A stretch of DNA of 64,000 nt from Alphaproteobacteria bacterium. GTDB lineage: Bacteria; Pseudomonadota; Alphaproteobacteria; UBA2136; UBA6156. Under the pieces are notes generated by a model. That model saw only the letters and a program-made list of their open reading frames with translations. It ran no database searches and had not been told where the DNA came from. This document shows positions 18,498 to 27,048 of this stretch, piece after piece. A program made the translations under genes and the position numbers. The stretch covers positions 583-64,582 of the forward strand of contig JBAQUT010000021.1 in NCBI GenBank assembly GCA_049297695.1, given 5' to 3'. Within the stretch, counting starts at the first letter, position 1. Each line of letters starts with the position of its first letter.

Positions 18498-18597
18498 GTT
18501 GTAAGTTGTAGGTTGTAACTGTAGCCCATTTCGAAATGCCTCGAGATTTTATGGAGTTCCCAATCAAACGCGACAGTTACAACCTACAACTTACAAC
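18498..18597 (+). ncRNA. Candidate structured RNA / repeat hairpin between zapA and ygfA (position where ssrS/6S RNA is normally found)
   Basis: Perfect 25-bp inverted repeat (gttgtaagttgtaggttgtaactgt / acagttacaacctacaacttacaac) flanking a 50-nt loop. No canonical 6S features could be verified by eye. Confidence 0.25.
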
Positions 18598-18637
18598 GCC
18601 TCTTGCAAAAAGAGGCTCTGGGCCCCATATCCCCTCC

Positions 18638-19252
18638 ATGCGTCTCGTCAAGCAACCCAAGGCTTTGCCGTTTACGGTGGACCCCGCCAATCGCGGCATC
18701 AAAGCCGTGAAGGCCGCGTTGCGGGAAGAATTCAAGGCCCGCCGCGCTCTGATTAGCCCCGATTTGCGGGATACCACCCGCTGGAAAGTGACCAACCATC
18801 TGCGCACGCTGTTGGCGGGGATGGATGGCGTGGTGGCCTTGTACTACCCCCTGGGCGCCGAGATTGACCTGCGCCCCTTGGGGGCGGAACTGTGGAGGGC
18901 GGGCATGAACGTGGCCTTGCCCCGTGTGGTGGAGCGTGGCCATGCGTTGCGGTTTAACATCTGGACACCCGACGGCGCTACGGAGCCCGATGCTGTGGGC
19001 CTACCCACCGCCACAGGGCCAGAAGTATGGCCCACCATCATGGTCATCCCTATGCTGGGGTACAGCAAAACGGGCCATCGGCTGGGGTACGGCGGCGGAT
19101 ATTACGACCGCACGCTGAAAACCGCGCCCATCCCAACGTTAAGCATCGGCGTGTGCTACACCGAGCTGGAAGTGGACGATTTCCCCGCCGAATACCACGA
19201 CCAGCGGCTGGAATATGTGGTGACGGGAAAAGAGGTTATCAGGTGTTGGTAG
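18638..19252 (+). CDS. ygfA: 5-formyltetrahydrofolate cyclo-ligase
   Basis: ORF 18536-19252. Start chosen at MRLVKQPKA. C-terminal MLGYSKTGHRLGYGGGYYDR motif is diagnostic of MTHFS. Confidence 0.8.
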   Translation: MRLVKQPKALPFTVDPANRGIKAVKAALREEFKARRALISPDLRDTTRWKVTNHLRTLLAGMDGVVALYYPLGAEIDLRPLGAELWRAGMNVALPRVVERGHALRFNIWTPDGATEPDAVGLPTATGPEVWPTIMVIPMLGYSKTGHRLGYGGGYYDRTLKTAPIPTLSIGVCYTELEVDDFPAEYHDQRLEYVVTGKEVIRCW

Positions 19253-19253
19253 A

Positions 19254-19278
19254 GTGTTGTAAGTTGTAGGTTGTAACT
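19254..19278 (+). repeat. GTTGTAR heptamer array copy (gttgtaagttgtaggttgtaactgt)
   Basis: Identical to 18498-18522. One of four copies in the window. Confidence 0.6.
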
Positions 19279-19345
19279 GTCGTTCACTGTTGTGGGGTTC
19301 CGCAACAAGGGGGTTGAGGGGGCGAAGCCCCCTCACGACCGTAGG

Positions 19346-19375
19346 TCGTCATGGCGAGCGTAGCGTGGCCATCTC
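19346..19375 (+). repeat. Dispersed 30-bp intergenic element tcgtcatggcgagcgtagcgtggccatctc (copy A)
   Basis: One of 5 near-identical copies. Upstream of and co-oriented with the YmdB-like gene. Confidence 0.6.
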
Positions 19376-19503
19376 CCAAGGTTTAAATTGGCATAAAGTA
19401 ACGATATTTAGCTTTCGTTTCTACCCTAACCGATGGAGAAGAAAAGTGGATATGCTTACAACTAACACCTGACAACCACCAACAGCTTTGCTATAAGCAA
19501 AGC

Positions 19504-20304
19504 ATGAACCTCCTCTTCCTCGGCGATATCGCCGCATCTTCCGGCCGCACCGCCCTTGCCAAACATTTGCCTTTGTTGCGGGAAAAGTACGCGCTGGACT
19601 GCGTGATTGCCAACGGCGAAAACAGCCACAGCACCAGCCGTGGCATTACCGAAGACACGGCGCAAGAGATCTTCCGTGCAGGGGTAGACGTGATTACGCT
19701 GGGCGACCACACGTTTGACCAAAAAGGGGTGGAAGTGCTGCTGGCCCAAAACCAGCGCATCATCCGCCCCGCCAACTACCCGCAGGGCACGGTGGGGCGC
19801 GGGCACACGGTGTTCACCACCGCCAGCGGCAAGCGGGTAGGGGTTATCAACTTGCAAGGTCGCGTGTTCATCAACCAGCAAACCGATTGCCCCTTCCAAA
19901 AAGCCAAGGCGCTGATGGACGAACTCCGCTTGGGCGATACCGTGGATGCGCTGGTGGTGGATATCCACGCCGAAGCGACATCCGAAAAATGCCTGATGGG
20001 CTATGTGTGGGATGGCAAGGCCAGCCTTGTCGTGGGTACGCACACGCACATCCCTACCAACGATGCCCGCATCCAACCCAAAGGCACGGCGTACCAATCC
20101 GATGCCGGCATGTGCGGCGATTACAATTCGTCGCTGGGCATGAGCTTTGAGAGCGTGCTACCCCACATGCTGCAACGCGGCCGCTTTAAGTTTGAACCCG
20201 CCAGCGGCGAAGGCACCCTGTGCGGCGTGCTTGTTACCGTGGGTGCAAACGGCTTGGCCACCCACGTGCAAAGCATCAAGGTGGGCGGGGTTTTGGGGGA
20301 GTAA
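19504..20304 (+). CDS. YmdB-family metallophosphoesterase (TIGR00282-like)
   Basis: 266 aa. N-terminal MNLLFLGDIAASSGR...VIANGENSH metallophosphatase motifs. Confidence 0.8.
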   Translation: MNLLFLGDIAASSGRTALAKHLPLLREKYALDCVIANGENSHSTSRGITEDTAQEIFRAGVDVITLGDHTFDQKGVEVLLAQNQRIIRPANYPQGTVGRGHTVFTTASGKRVGVINLQGRVFINQQTDCPFQKAKALMDELRLGDTVDALVVDIHAEATSEKCLMGYVWDGKASLVVGTHTHIPTNDARIQPKGTAYQSDAGMCGDYNSSLGMSFESVLPHMLQRGRFKFEPASGEGTLCGVLVTVGANGLATHVQSIKVGGVLGE

Positions 20305-20310
20305 AACGTG

Positions 20311-20340
20311 TCGTCATGGCGAGCGTAGCGTGGCCATCTC
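20311..20340 (+). repeat. Dispersed 30-bp intergenic element (copy B)
   Basis: tcgtcatggcgagcgtagcgtggccatctc, followed immediately by ATG. Confidence 0.6.
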
Positions 20341-20928
20341 ATGAACAAAGGAGAAATGACAATGAGTGATAACCGGCAGTGGTTGATCGAGAAACTTAAC
20401 GCTTATACAGGTTTCACGGATGAGTACGAACATATTTCAAAAATCATGACGTTGGAATATTTACGTCATCATTCAAGGGCGTTTTGGCGAGATGAATTTG
20501 TGCCTGGCCATCTGACATCATCTGCGTGGATTGTTAATCCAAGTCGCACTAAAGTTTTAATGATGTACCATAAATATATTCAAAAATGGCTTCAATTTGG
20601 TGGCCACGCCGATGGAAATCCAAATCTTGTCGAGGTTGCCCTTAAAGAAGCAAGCGAAGAAACGGGATTGGATATATCGTTGTTTGAAGTGTTAATGAAC
20701 GAAGCGATCTTCGATGTTGCGATTGTTCCCGTTCCTGCAAATCCCAAAAAGAATGAGCCAGACCATGTTCACTTTGATATTCGCTTCTTGTTAGAATTAG
20801 ACGATGCAATTCCTTTGCCTGAGAATCCTGAAGGGTTGGATGTCCGTTGGTTGGAGTTCAACGAGGCCCATCGACTCATTTCATCCGGAAATACCTGCTT
20901 GCGGATGTTGGAAAAAAGTATCTCTTAG
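20341..20928 (+). CDS. NUDIX hydrolase (AT-rich, probably horizontally acquired)
   Basis: Nudix box region GGHADGNPNLVEVALKEASEETGL. True start may be the ATG at 20359, which has an aaaggaga SD. GC is markedly lower than the neighbours. Confidence 0.7.
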   Translation: MNKGEMTMSDNRQWLIEKLNAYTGFTDEYEHISKIMTLEYLRHHSRAFWRDEFVPGHLTSSAWIVNPSRTKVLMMYHKYIQKWLQFGGHADGNPNLVEVALKEASEETGLDISLFEVLMNEAIFDVAIVPVPANPKKNEPDHVHFDIRFLLELDDAIPLPENPEGLDVRWLEFNEAHRLISSGNTCLRMLEKSIS

Positions 20929-20937
20929 GTAACTCCC

Positions 20938-21672
20938 ATGGCTGGCCACTCCCAATTCTCCAACATCATGCACCGCAAGGCGGCGCAGGATAAACGCAAA
21001 ACCAAATTGGCTACCAAAGCCATGCGCGACATTATGAGCGCGGTAAAAAGCGGCAGCGCCGAGCCAGCCAACAATGCCGTGTTGAAGGCGGCGATTGACA
21101 GGGCCAAAGCGGTGAACATGACGAAAGATGTCATCCAACGCGCCATCAACCGCGGTACGGGCGCCGAGAAGGGGGCTGATTTTGAGGAGCGATGGTACGA
21201 AGCCTACGGTGCAGGCGGTGTGGCGGTGATGGTGAAAACCCTGACCGACAACCCCACGCGCACCATTACCAACGTGCGCAACGCATTCACCAAAACGGGC
21301 GGCAACGTGGGGAGCGATGGCAGCGTGGCGTGGATGTTCAAACCCTGCGGCGTGATTGTTTACCCCGCTGCCACCGCCAGCAACGATGATATGATGGAGC
21401 ACGCTATTAACGCGGGCGCCGATGATGTGCGGCATGAAGAGGATGTGCATCGGATTATCACCCAGCCCGCCGATTTTGCCGAAGTGCGCCGCAAACTGGC
21501 GGAAACGCTAGGTGTTGCGAGCGAGAGCGACCTCACGTATCTGCCACAGCAATTCCACGCCGTGCACGATGCCGACACGTTGGCCGCGCTGGAGAAGATG
21601 ATGGAGATGTTGCACAATGATGACGATGTGCAAGATGTCATCACTAATTTATTCAGCGATGAAACGGCGTAG
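20938..21672 (+). CDS. yebC: YebC/PmpR-family transcriptional regulator
   Basis: 244 aa. N-terminus MAGHSQFSNIMHRKAAQDKRKTKL is the YebC hallmark. Confidence 0.9.
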   Translation: MAGHSQFSNIMHRKAAQDKRKTKLATKAMRDIMSAVKSGSAEPANNAVLKAAIDRAKAVNMTKDVIQRAINRGTGAEKGADFEERWYEAYGAGGVAVMVKTLTDNPTRTITNVRNAFTKTGGNVGSDGSVAWMFKPCGVIVYPAATASNDDMMEHAINAGADDVRHEEDVHRIITQPADFAEVRRKLAETLGVASESDLTYLPQQFHAVHDADTLAALEKMMEMLHNDDDVQDVITNLFSDETA

Positions 21673-21857
21673 TTTGGCGTGAAGTTGCCACTTTCGGTAC
21701 TTCAAGTGTGCAACAAAAAAAACACACCCCTTCAAAAACATACGATGGATTGTTGACACCCCGTACAGATGTGGAAACATGAGAACAAGGTTATGCGAGA
21801 GGCTGCAACTGGGCACCGCACGCAGGCCTCACAACAACTAACAAAAGGGTCACTCCT

Positions 21858-21971
21858 ATGGCCGTTGCCAAGAAAAAACCTGCTGCTAAAAAAGCAGCTG
21901 TGAAAAAAGCTCCTGCTAAAAAAGCAGTTGCTAAAAAAGCTCCTGCAAAGAAAGCAGCTAAGAAGAAGTAG
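21858..21971 (+). CDS. 37-aa Lys/Ala-rich histone H1-like mini-protein (MAVAKKKPAAKKAAVKKAPAKKAVAKKAPAKKAAKKK)
   Basis: Not in the ORF track (<60 aa). AKKA repeats. Weak SD (aagg) upstream. Strong intrinsic terminator immediately downstream. Confidence 0.5.
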   Translation: MAVAKKKPAAKKAAVKKAPAKKAVAKKAPAKKAAKKK

Positions 21972-21990
21972 TTCTTCTTAGGCTATAAAA

Positions 21991-22016
21991 CCGAGGCAAT
22001 GCCTCGGTTTTTTTTA
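21991..22016 (+). terminator. Rho-independent terminator
   Basis: ccgaggcaatgcctcgg hairpin followed by T9. Confidence 0.65.
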
Positions 22017-22025
22017 TCAAAAATA

Positions 22026-22055
22026 TCGTCATGGCAAGCGTAGCGCGGCCATCTC
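22026..22055 (+). repeat. Dispersed 30-bp intergenic element (copy C, 2 mismatches)
   Basis: tcgtcatggcaagcgtagcgcggccatctc. Upstream of the cytochrome b561 gene. Confidence 0.6.
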
Positions 22056-22093
22056 ATGCGTGATAGAATCAAACGGCAAACAAGGAGAAAACC

Positions 22094-22615
22094 ATGTACC
22101 ACCCCATCAGCAAACTGTTCCATTGGACCATTGGCCTGCTTATGATTGGCCTTCTGTTTGTCGGCCTTACGTGGGAAGACTTTTTCCCCGAGCCCTTCCG
22201 CTTCACGTTGTTGGGCTGGCACAAATCGTTGGGCGCCATCGTCCTTGGCCTTTCTGTACTTCGTGCCCTGTGGTGGCTTACCCAAACCAAACCTGCATTG
22301 GTGAAAACACTCCCCGCCCGCATGGCTCCGTTCATCAACCTTGGCCATAACATCCTTTATGCCTTCATGATGATTATGCCGCTTTCTGGCTGGATGATGA
22401 GCAACGCAGCAGGCTATCCTGTATCCGTGTTCGGCTGGTTCACCTTGCCCACACTTCTGGAAAAAAACGACGAACTCCGCCACACCTTTGGCGAAGTGCA
22501 CGAACTGGCAGGCTGGACGCTGATTGCCATCATCGCCTTCCACGTAGCCGCTGCCCTGTACCACCATGTGGTGCTGAAGGACGAAACCCTGAAACGCATG
22601 ATGTTCCGCGGTTAA
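22094..22615 (+). CDS. Cytochrome b561 family protein (CybB-like)
   Basis: 173 aa. Four TM helices with conserved His. N-terminus HPISKLFHWTIGLLMIGL...HKSLGAIVL. Confidence 0.8.
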   Translation: MYHPISKLFHWTIGLLMIGLLFVGLTWEDFFPEPFRFTLLGWHKSLGAIVLGLSVLRALWWLTQTKPALVKTLPARMAPFINLGHNILYAFMMIMPLSGWMMSNAAGYPVSVFGWFTLPTLLEKNDELRHTFGEVHELAGWTLIAIIAFHVAAALYHHVVLKDETLKRMMFRG

Positions 22616-22623
22616 GAGGGAAA

Positions 22624-22653
22624 TCGTCATGGCGAGCGCAGCGTGGCCATCTC
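22624..22653 (+). repeat. Dispersed 30-bp intergenic element (copy D)
   Basis: tcgtcatggcgagcgcagcgtggccatctc. The ruvC ATG follows immediately. Confidence 0.6.
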
Positions 22654-23148
22654 ATGACATCTAGAACCCAACGTATCTTGGGCCTCGACCCCGGCTTGGA
22701 GCACACGGGCTATGGTATAATCGATGTAACCGGCAACCACTCCCGCTACGTCGCCTGTGGCCGTATCACCACCAAAGCAGCAGAGCCCTTGCCTCAACGC
22801 CTTGCCACCATTGCGGCGGGTATTTCGGCCCTCATCACCGAACACAAACCCACCATGGCGGCGGTGGAAGAAGTGTTTGTGAACACCAACGCACGGAGTT
22901 CGCTCAAGCTGGGGCAGGCGCGGGGCATATGCCTGCTGGTGCCTACTCAACACGGGTTGCCCGTGCACGAGTACGCGGCGCGGCTGGTCAAAAAGTCCAT
23001 TGTGGGCACGGGCGGCGCGGAAAAACACCAAGTGGCCCACATGGTGAAAGTGCTGCTGCCCACATCGCCCACCCCCATCCCCCCCGATGCCGCCGACGCC
23101 TTGGCCGTGGCGTTAACGTGTGGCGTGTTGGGAACGAAAACGTACTAG
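22654..23148 (+). CDS. ruvC: Crossover junction endodeoxyribonuclease RuvC
   Basis: 164 aa. N-terminus RILGLDPGLEHTGYGI with the catalytic Asp. No ruvA/ruvB follows. Confidence 0.9.
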   Translation: MTSRTQRILGLDPGLEHTGYGIIDVTGNHSRYVACGRITTKAAEPLPQRLATIAAGISALITEHKPTMAAVEEVFVNTNARSSLKLGQARGICLLVPTQHGLPVHEYAARLVKKSIVGTGGAEKHQVAHMVKVLLPTSPTPIPPDAADALAVALTCGVLGTKTY

Positions 23149-24383
23149 CGGATTGGAGTGGTAACAAGCTGCTTCACAAATTTTTCTGAGGGTGCATTCA
23201 GAATTTTGATGTTCATGACATGCTTGGTTTCAACGACAGGGGGTATAGTTTCCAATGCCGATGTATCAATCCCCCCCTTGGCAAATCGCCCCGCAAGTTC
23301 TTGGGCGGCTTCCATGGCAGGGTTAATTGGTGCTTGTTGAGGTTGAGGAGCCCTCAAACTGCTGGAAGCCTTGGGAGCGTTGGAGGTCGTCGGCGCCGTC
23401 GCCGTCGGTTTGGCATGAACAAACTCAGCCTTGGGATTCACGCTGGCGGTGGCAATCTCGTGGCCTTTTCCAAGCACACGGTCAATGGAAAAAGGGGTAA
23501 TCCCATGCATTTTTTGGAAGACGAACAATTTACTTTTGGCAATCACAGCCATAAACTTATTCCAAGTACGTTTAGGGCCTGAATCGCAATGCGAGAATGC
23601 AGAACGCATTTTACCATCGGGCATTTTTTTAGGGGAATAGTACGCCGTACCTCCCGACATATCGCCCACTTCACCACTAATAGAAGCTCCATGGATCAAC
23701 AGTGCGTCGGCTTGAATATTTGTTTTACCGACGCTCACCCAGTCGATCGCAAGATTGCTCAGGTGCATGGATTTCGATTCACCACCTTTTTTAGAGTTCC
23801 ACGTAGGGTCGCGAAACATAGACGTAACCATAGCCTCGTTTTCGCCATGTTTGTCAGGTGTCAGGCTTTCCATCATCACAATGATTTGGCCAAGTTGAGA
23901 GTATTTGCTAGCATCAAAAGTTGTGTTTGGTACGGAAGTACCGCTCTTGCAAGAGCAAAAGGCTTGGAACTTTTTCCAATCAATCTTCCCACGTTCAAAG
24001 GTAAAAGGTTTGCCTTCATCACGCCCCGCCATGGTTAAGTGGATGCGTTGGAGTTTTCCATAATACTTGCTTTCCGCCCATGCCCGTCCCACAGCTTCAA
24101 AGTATTCTTGCGCTGGAGTTTCTGCGTTGCGAGGCGTGAATATGGAGGAAGATTTGTTCGTTTTTCTAGGGCTTGTATAAACAGGACCAGCTTCGTCTTC
24201 GCTTAAATCATCAAAGACAGGCCCATCAGACCCCCACTTGGCTCCAGCTTGGGCTTCATCCGCAAGCGAGACAATCCCCGTAGCCACGCCCGCAACAACA
24301 GTCGCCCCTTTGGCGAGTGTTCCAAGCGTATCCCGCTTGTTGGCATCAAACGGAATAGGCGCAAAAAGGTCTTTAATACCCAT
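23145..24383 (-). CDS. Hypothetical protein, lower GC, putative membrane-anchored (foreign insert between ruvC and gltA)
   Basis: ORF 23145-24545. Start chosen at MGIKDLF. N-terminal hydrophobic stretch ATVVAGVATGIVSLA. No recognisable catalytic motifs. Confidence 0.45.
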   Translation of the reverse strand: MGIKDLFAPIPFDANKRDTLGTLAKGATVVAGVATGIVSLADEAQAGAKWGSDGPVFDDLSEDEAGPVYTSPRKTNKSSSIFTPRNAETPAQEYFEAVGRAWAESKYYGKLQRIHLTMAGRDEGKPFTFERGKIDWKKFQAFCSCKSGTSVPNTTFDASKYSQLGQIIVMMESLTPDKHGENEAMVTSMFRDPTWNSKKGGESKSMHLSNLAIDWVSVGKTNIQADALLIHGASISGEVGDMSGGTAYYSPKKMPDGKMRSAFSHCDSGPKRTWNKFMAVIAKSKLFVFQKMHGITPFSIDRVLGKGHEIATASVNPKAEFVHAKPTATAPTTSNAPKASSSLRAPQPQQAPINPAMEAAQELAGRFAKGGIDTSALETIPPVVETKHVMNIKILNAPSEKFVKQLVTTPIR

Positions 24384-24445
24384 CCTAACTATATAGGGCG
24401 GCATCCAAGCCAATCCAAGGGGTTCCTGACAGGGCAGGGGGGGAC

Positions 24446-24466
24446 CAAAAAGGGGCCGAAGCCCCT
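24446..24466 (-). terminator. Rho-independent terminator downstream of gltA
   Basis: aggggccgaagcccct hairpin, preceded on the plus strand by an A5 run, which is T5 on the minus strand. Confidence 0.5.
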
Positions 24467-24629
24467 GATAAAGCCATTTGCAAATTCTACTAGCCAGAGC
24501 TGCACATGTGCCCTGTCTGCGCTTCCACTCCGCACTTACCAACAACGTACGCTTGCGGTGCGGTTTTCGTTAGGTCACATGTTCGCCTCTGGCTAGCGAA
24601 TTATGCCAACGATTTTAGGATTGAAAAAT

Positions 24630-25979
24630 CTACTTCCGCTTGCCCAATGGCACAAAGTCCCGACGGGTGGGGCCCACATAAAGTTGGCGCGGGCGGCCGA
24701 TTTTTTGGTCGGGTTCGCCGATCATTTCGTTCCAGTGGCTAATCCACCCCACGGTGCGGGCTAGTGCAAAAATGCAGGTGAACATGCTGGTGGGGATGCC
24801 CACGGCGCGGAGGATAATACCGCTGTAAAAATCCACGTTGGGGTACAGCTTGCGGGAGATGAAATATTCGTCGGAAAGGGCAATCCGCTCCAGCTCCATG
24901 GCCACTTCTAGGGCTGGGTCGTTCACACCCAGTTCGCGCAGCACGGCGTCGCAGTTTTCTTTCATAATCTTGGCGCGGGGGTCAAAGTTTTTATACACGC
25001 GGTGGCCAAAGCCCATCAGTTTGGTGGCACTTAGCTTATCTTTCACCTTTTCAATAAAGGCGGGTACGTTTTCTTTGCTGCCAATTTCTTGCAGCATTTC
25101 CAACACGGCTTCGTTGGCGCCGCCGTGAGCAGGGCCCCACAGGGTGGCAACACCGGCCGCAATGCAGGCAAAGGGGTTGGCGCCGCTGCTGCCCGCCAAG
25201 CGCACGGTGCTGGTGCTGGCATTTTGTTCGTGGTCGGCATGCAGGGTGAAAATCACGTCCATGGCGCGCTCCACAATCGGGTTCACCACATAGTCTTTCG
25301 TGGGCACGGCAAACATCATGCGGAGGAAGTTGCCCGCGTAGCTCAGGTTGTTATCCGGGTACATAAACGGCTGGCCGATGCTGTACTTGTACGCCATGGC
25401 CACCAGTGTGGGCATTTTGGAAATCAGGCGGTAGGCCACAATCTCGCGGTGGCGGGGGTTATGGATGTCCAAGCTGTCGTGGTAAAAACTGGCCAACGCG
25501 CCCGTTACGCCGCACAAAATGCTCATGGGGTGGGCATCGGGGCGGAAGCCATGGTAAAACGTGTGCACCTGCTCGTGGACCATGGTGTGTTCAAGCACGG
25601 TATTTTCAAATGTTTCCAATTGTTTGGGGGAGGGCAACTCGCCAAACATCAGCAAATAGCACACTTCCAAGTAACTGGCTTGGTTGGCCAGCTGTTCAAT
25701 GGGGTAGCCGCGGTACAACAGCTCGCCTTTGTCGCCATCAATGTACGTAATTTTACTTTGGCAGGCGGCGGTGCTCATAAATCCGGGGTCATACGTAAAC
25801 ACACCATGCTCGCCGTACAGTTTCCGCACATCCACTACATCTGGCCCCACGGTGCCTTTCATGGCGGGGAAGCTAAAGGTGCGCATATCGGATGGCCCTT
25901 TGGGGGGCGTAGGAGGGGCAGAAGCCCCGCCGGCGCTGGATTTTTCGGCGTTTTTGGGCATTTTTACCACGTTGGCCAT
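24630..25979 (-). CDS. gltA: Citrate synthase (type II)
   Basis: [18 protein letters not shown] and the overall citrate synthase architecture. Start chosen at MANVVKM. Confidence 0.9.
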   Translation of the reverse strand: MANVVKMPKNAEKSSAGGASAPPTPPKGPSDMRTFSFPAMKGTVGPDVVDVRKLYGEHGVFTYDPGFMSTAACQSKITYIDGDKGELLYRGYPIEQLANQASYLEVCYLLMFGELPSPKQLETFENTVLEHTMVHEQVHTFYHGFRPDAHPMSILCGVTGALASFYHDSLDIHNPRHREIVAYRLISKMPTLVAMAYKYSIGQPFMYPDNNLSYAGNFLRMMFAVPTKDYVVNPIVERAMDVIFTLHADHEQNASTSTVRLAGSSGANPFACIAAGVATLWGPAHGGANEAVLEMLQEIGSKENVPAFIEKVKDKLSATKLMGFGHRVYKNFDPRAKIMKENCDAVLRELGVNDPALEVAMELERIALSDEYFISRKLYPNVDFYSGIILRAVGIPTSMFTCIFALARTVGWISHWNEMIGEPDQKIGRPRQLYVGPTRRDFVPLGKRK

Positions 25980-26091
25980 GAGCGGAACCTTTTTTGTTTT
26001 TGTTAAGTTTACCTTACGGTGCGCCGCACCATGGGTCAACAGGGGAGAGGGTGGTCTTGAAATCCCCCTGTGGCATCCCATGTAAAGGTGT

Positions 26092-26634
26092 ATGACAAAC
26101 CTCTGCACCCCTCTTTTAGCAGTTGGCATTGGTATGGTAGCCAGCTTTACCCCAGCCCAAGCCCAAGTGTGTGAGCCATGGCCCGACTGCATGTACAATC
26201 GTAAACAAGTTAAACCCAAGCAACCTCAACCTACCCAACCACATGCCGCTGCAACACCTCAGGAAGCTACAAACCCTTGGAGCACCACAACCACGGTTGC
26301 CCCGCAATCCAACCCCCAAGTTTCACCACAGCCGCAAAGCTACCGTGGCCTTAAGTTGCCTGTATTTCGGTGTTTGTACGCGTTGGCAAGCAACCCTACC
26401 GCTGTTTCGGCCTCGTGCACGTCTCTTAATTCAACAGAGCAAGCCGCTGTGCAACGCCAAGCGGTTCAACTCAAAATGGCGATGGAGATAAAGGCGGTCA
26501 GCATCAACCATGCCGCTACGCTGTTTTACAAAGGTTCTATAACTCAAAAGGACTGGGATGCTGCGATTGATAAAGCCAACCTCACCTTTGCAACTGAGGA
26601 ATTACGGGTGTCTCGGGCTTTGGGAGGCCGCTAA
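26092..26634 (+). CDS. Secreted hypothetical protein (Pro/Gln-rich linker)
   Basis: 180 aa. Signal peptide ending AQAQV. Low-complexity PQPTQP region. Confidence 0.5.
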   Translation: MTNLCTPLLAVGIGMVASFTPAQAQVCEPWPDCMYNRKQVKPKQPQPTQPHAAATPQEATNPWSTTTTVAPQSNPQVSPQPQSYRGLKLPVFRCLYALASNPTAVSASCTSLNSTEQAAVQRQAVQLKMAMEIKAVSINHAATLFYKGSITQKDWDAAIDKANLTFATEELRVSRALGGR

Positions 26635-26635
26635 T

Positions 26636-27046
26636 ATGAAACTCGGATTCGCTGCCGCTACAATATTGACCGCTGCAACCCTAGCTGGCTGCGGGACAAA
26701 ACCCAAAAACCCAGATGTCGTGATGGGCGTGAAAGAATGTACCCTAGGGGATACCCGCCTTCCATGGTTTAACAGCACGTGTTGGGGAGAAAAGCCATCG
26801 TCTCGCGCCACCGCCAGCACCGCCATTTCGGCCGTGGAGATAACCTTGCAACGCCTTCAAATCCCTGTGGATGTGAAAGGTAAAAACACTTGCGATTTAG
26901 CCAGTGAAGCCGCAGAGTTCTTAGATAATTTCGCGTACCAACAATCTCAACAAGGCCCCATTTCAATATCGGTACGACAAGCCATTCAAACAGGATTGAA
27001 TGAGTTAGATAAAGCCGCTGCTGCCGACGGCTGCACTCGCAACTAA
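26636..27046 (+). CDS. Lipoprotein, hypothetical
   Basis: gggagg SD 6 nt before the ATG. Lipobox LAGC. About 136 aa. Confidence 0.55.
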   Translation: MKLGFAAATILTAATLAGCGTKPKNPDVVMGVKECTLGDTRLPWFNSTCWGEKPSSRATASTAISAVEITLQRLQIPVDVKGKNTCDLASEAAEFLDNFAYQQSQQGPISISVRQAIQTGLNELDKAAAADGCTRN

Positions 27047-27048
27047 CC

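Noticed and set aside
18489-18637. Confident annotation of this spacer as ssrS (6S RNA)
   Set aside because: Only positional (zapA-ygfA synteny) and stem evidence is available. The conserved central bubble and terminal-loop sequences could not be verified by eye. It is kept as a low-confidence candidate only.
20341-20358. ATG embedded in the 30-bp repeat as the NUDIX start codon
   Set aside because: A downstream in-frame ATG at 20359 has a good aaaggaga SD, so the repeat-embedded ATG is probably not the start. By contrast, for ruvC the embedded ATG does appear to be the start.
21858-21971. Tandem near-identical 18-24-nt units (gctcctgctaaaaaagcag...) as a possible CRISPR or VNTR array
   Set aside because: The units are in frame and encode the AKKA peptide repeats of a small ORF with an SD and a terminator. 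There are no spacer-like unique segments and no cas genes.
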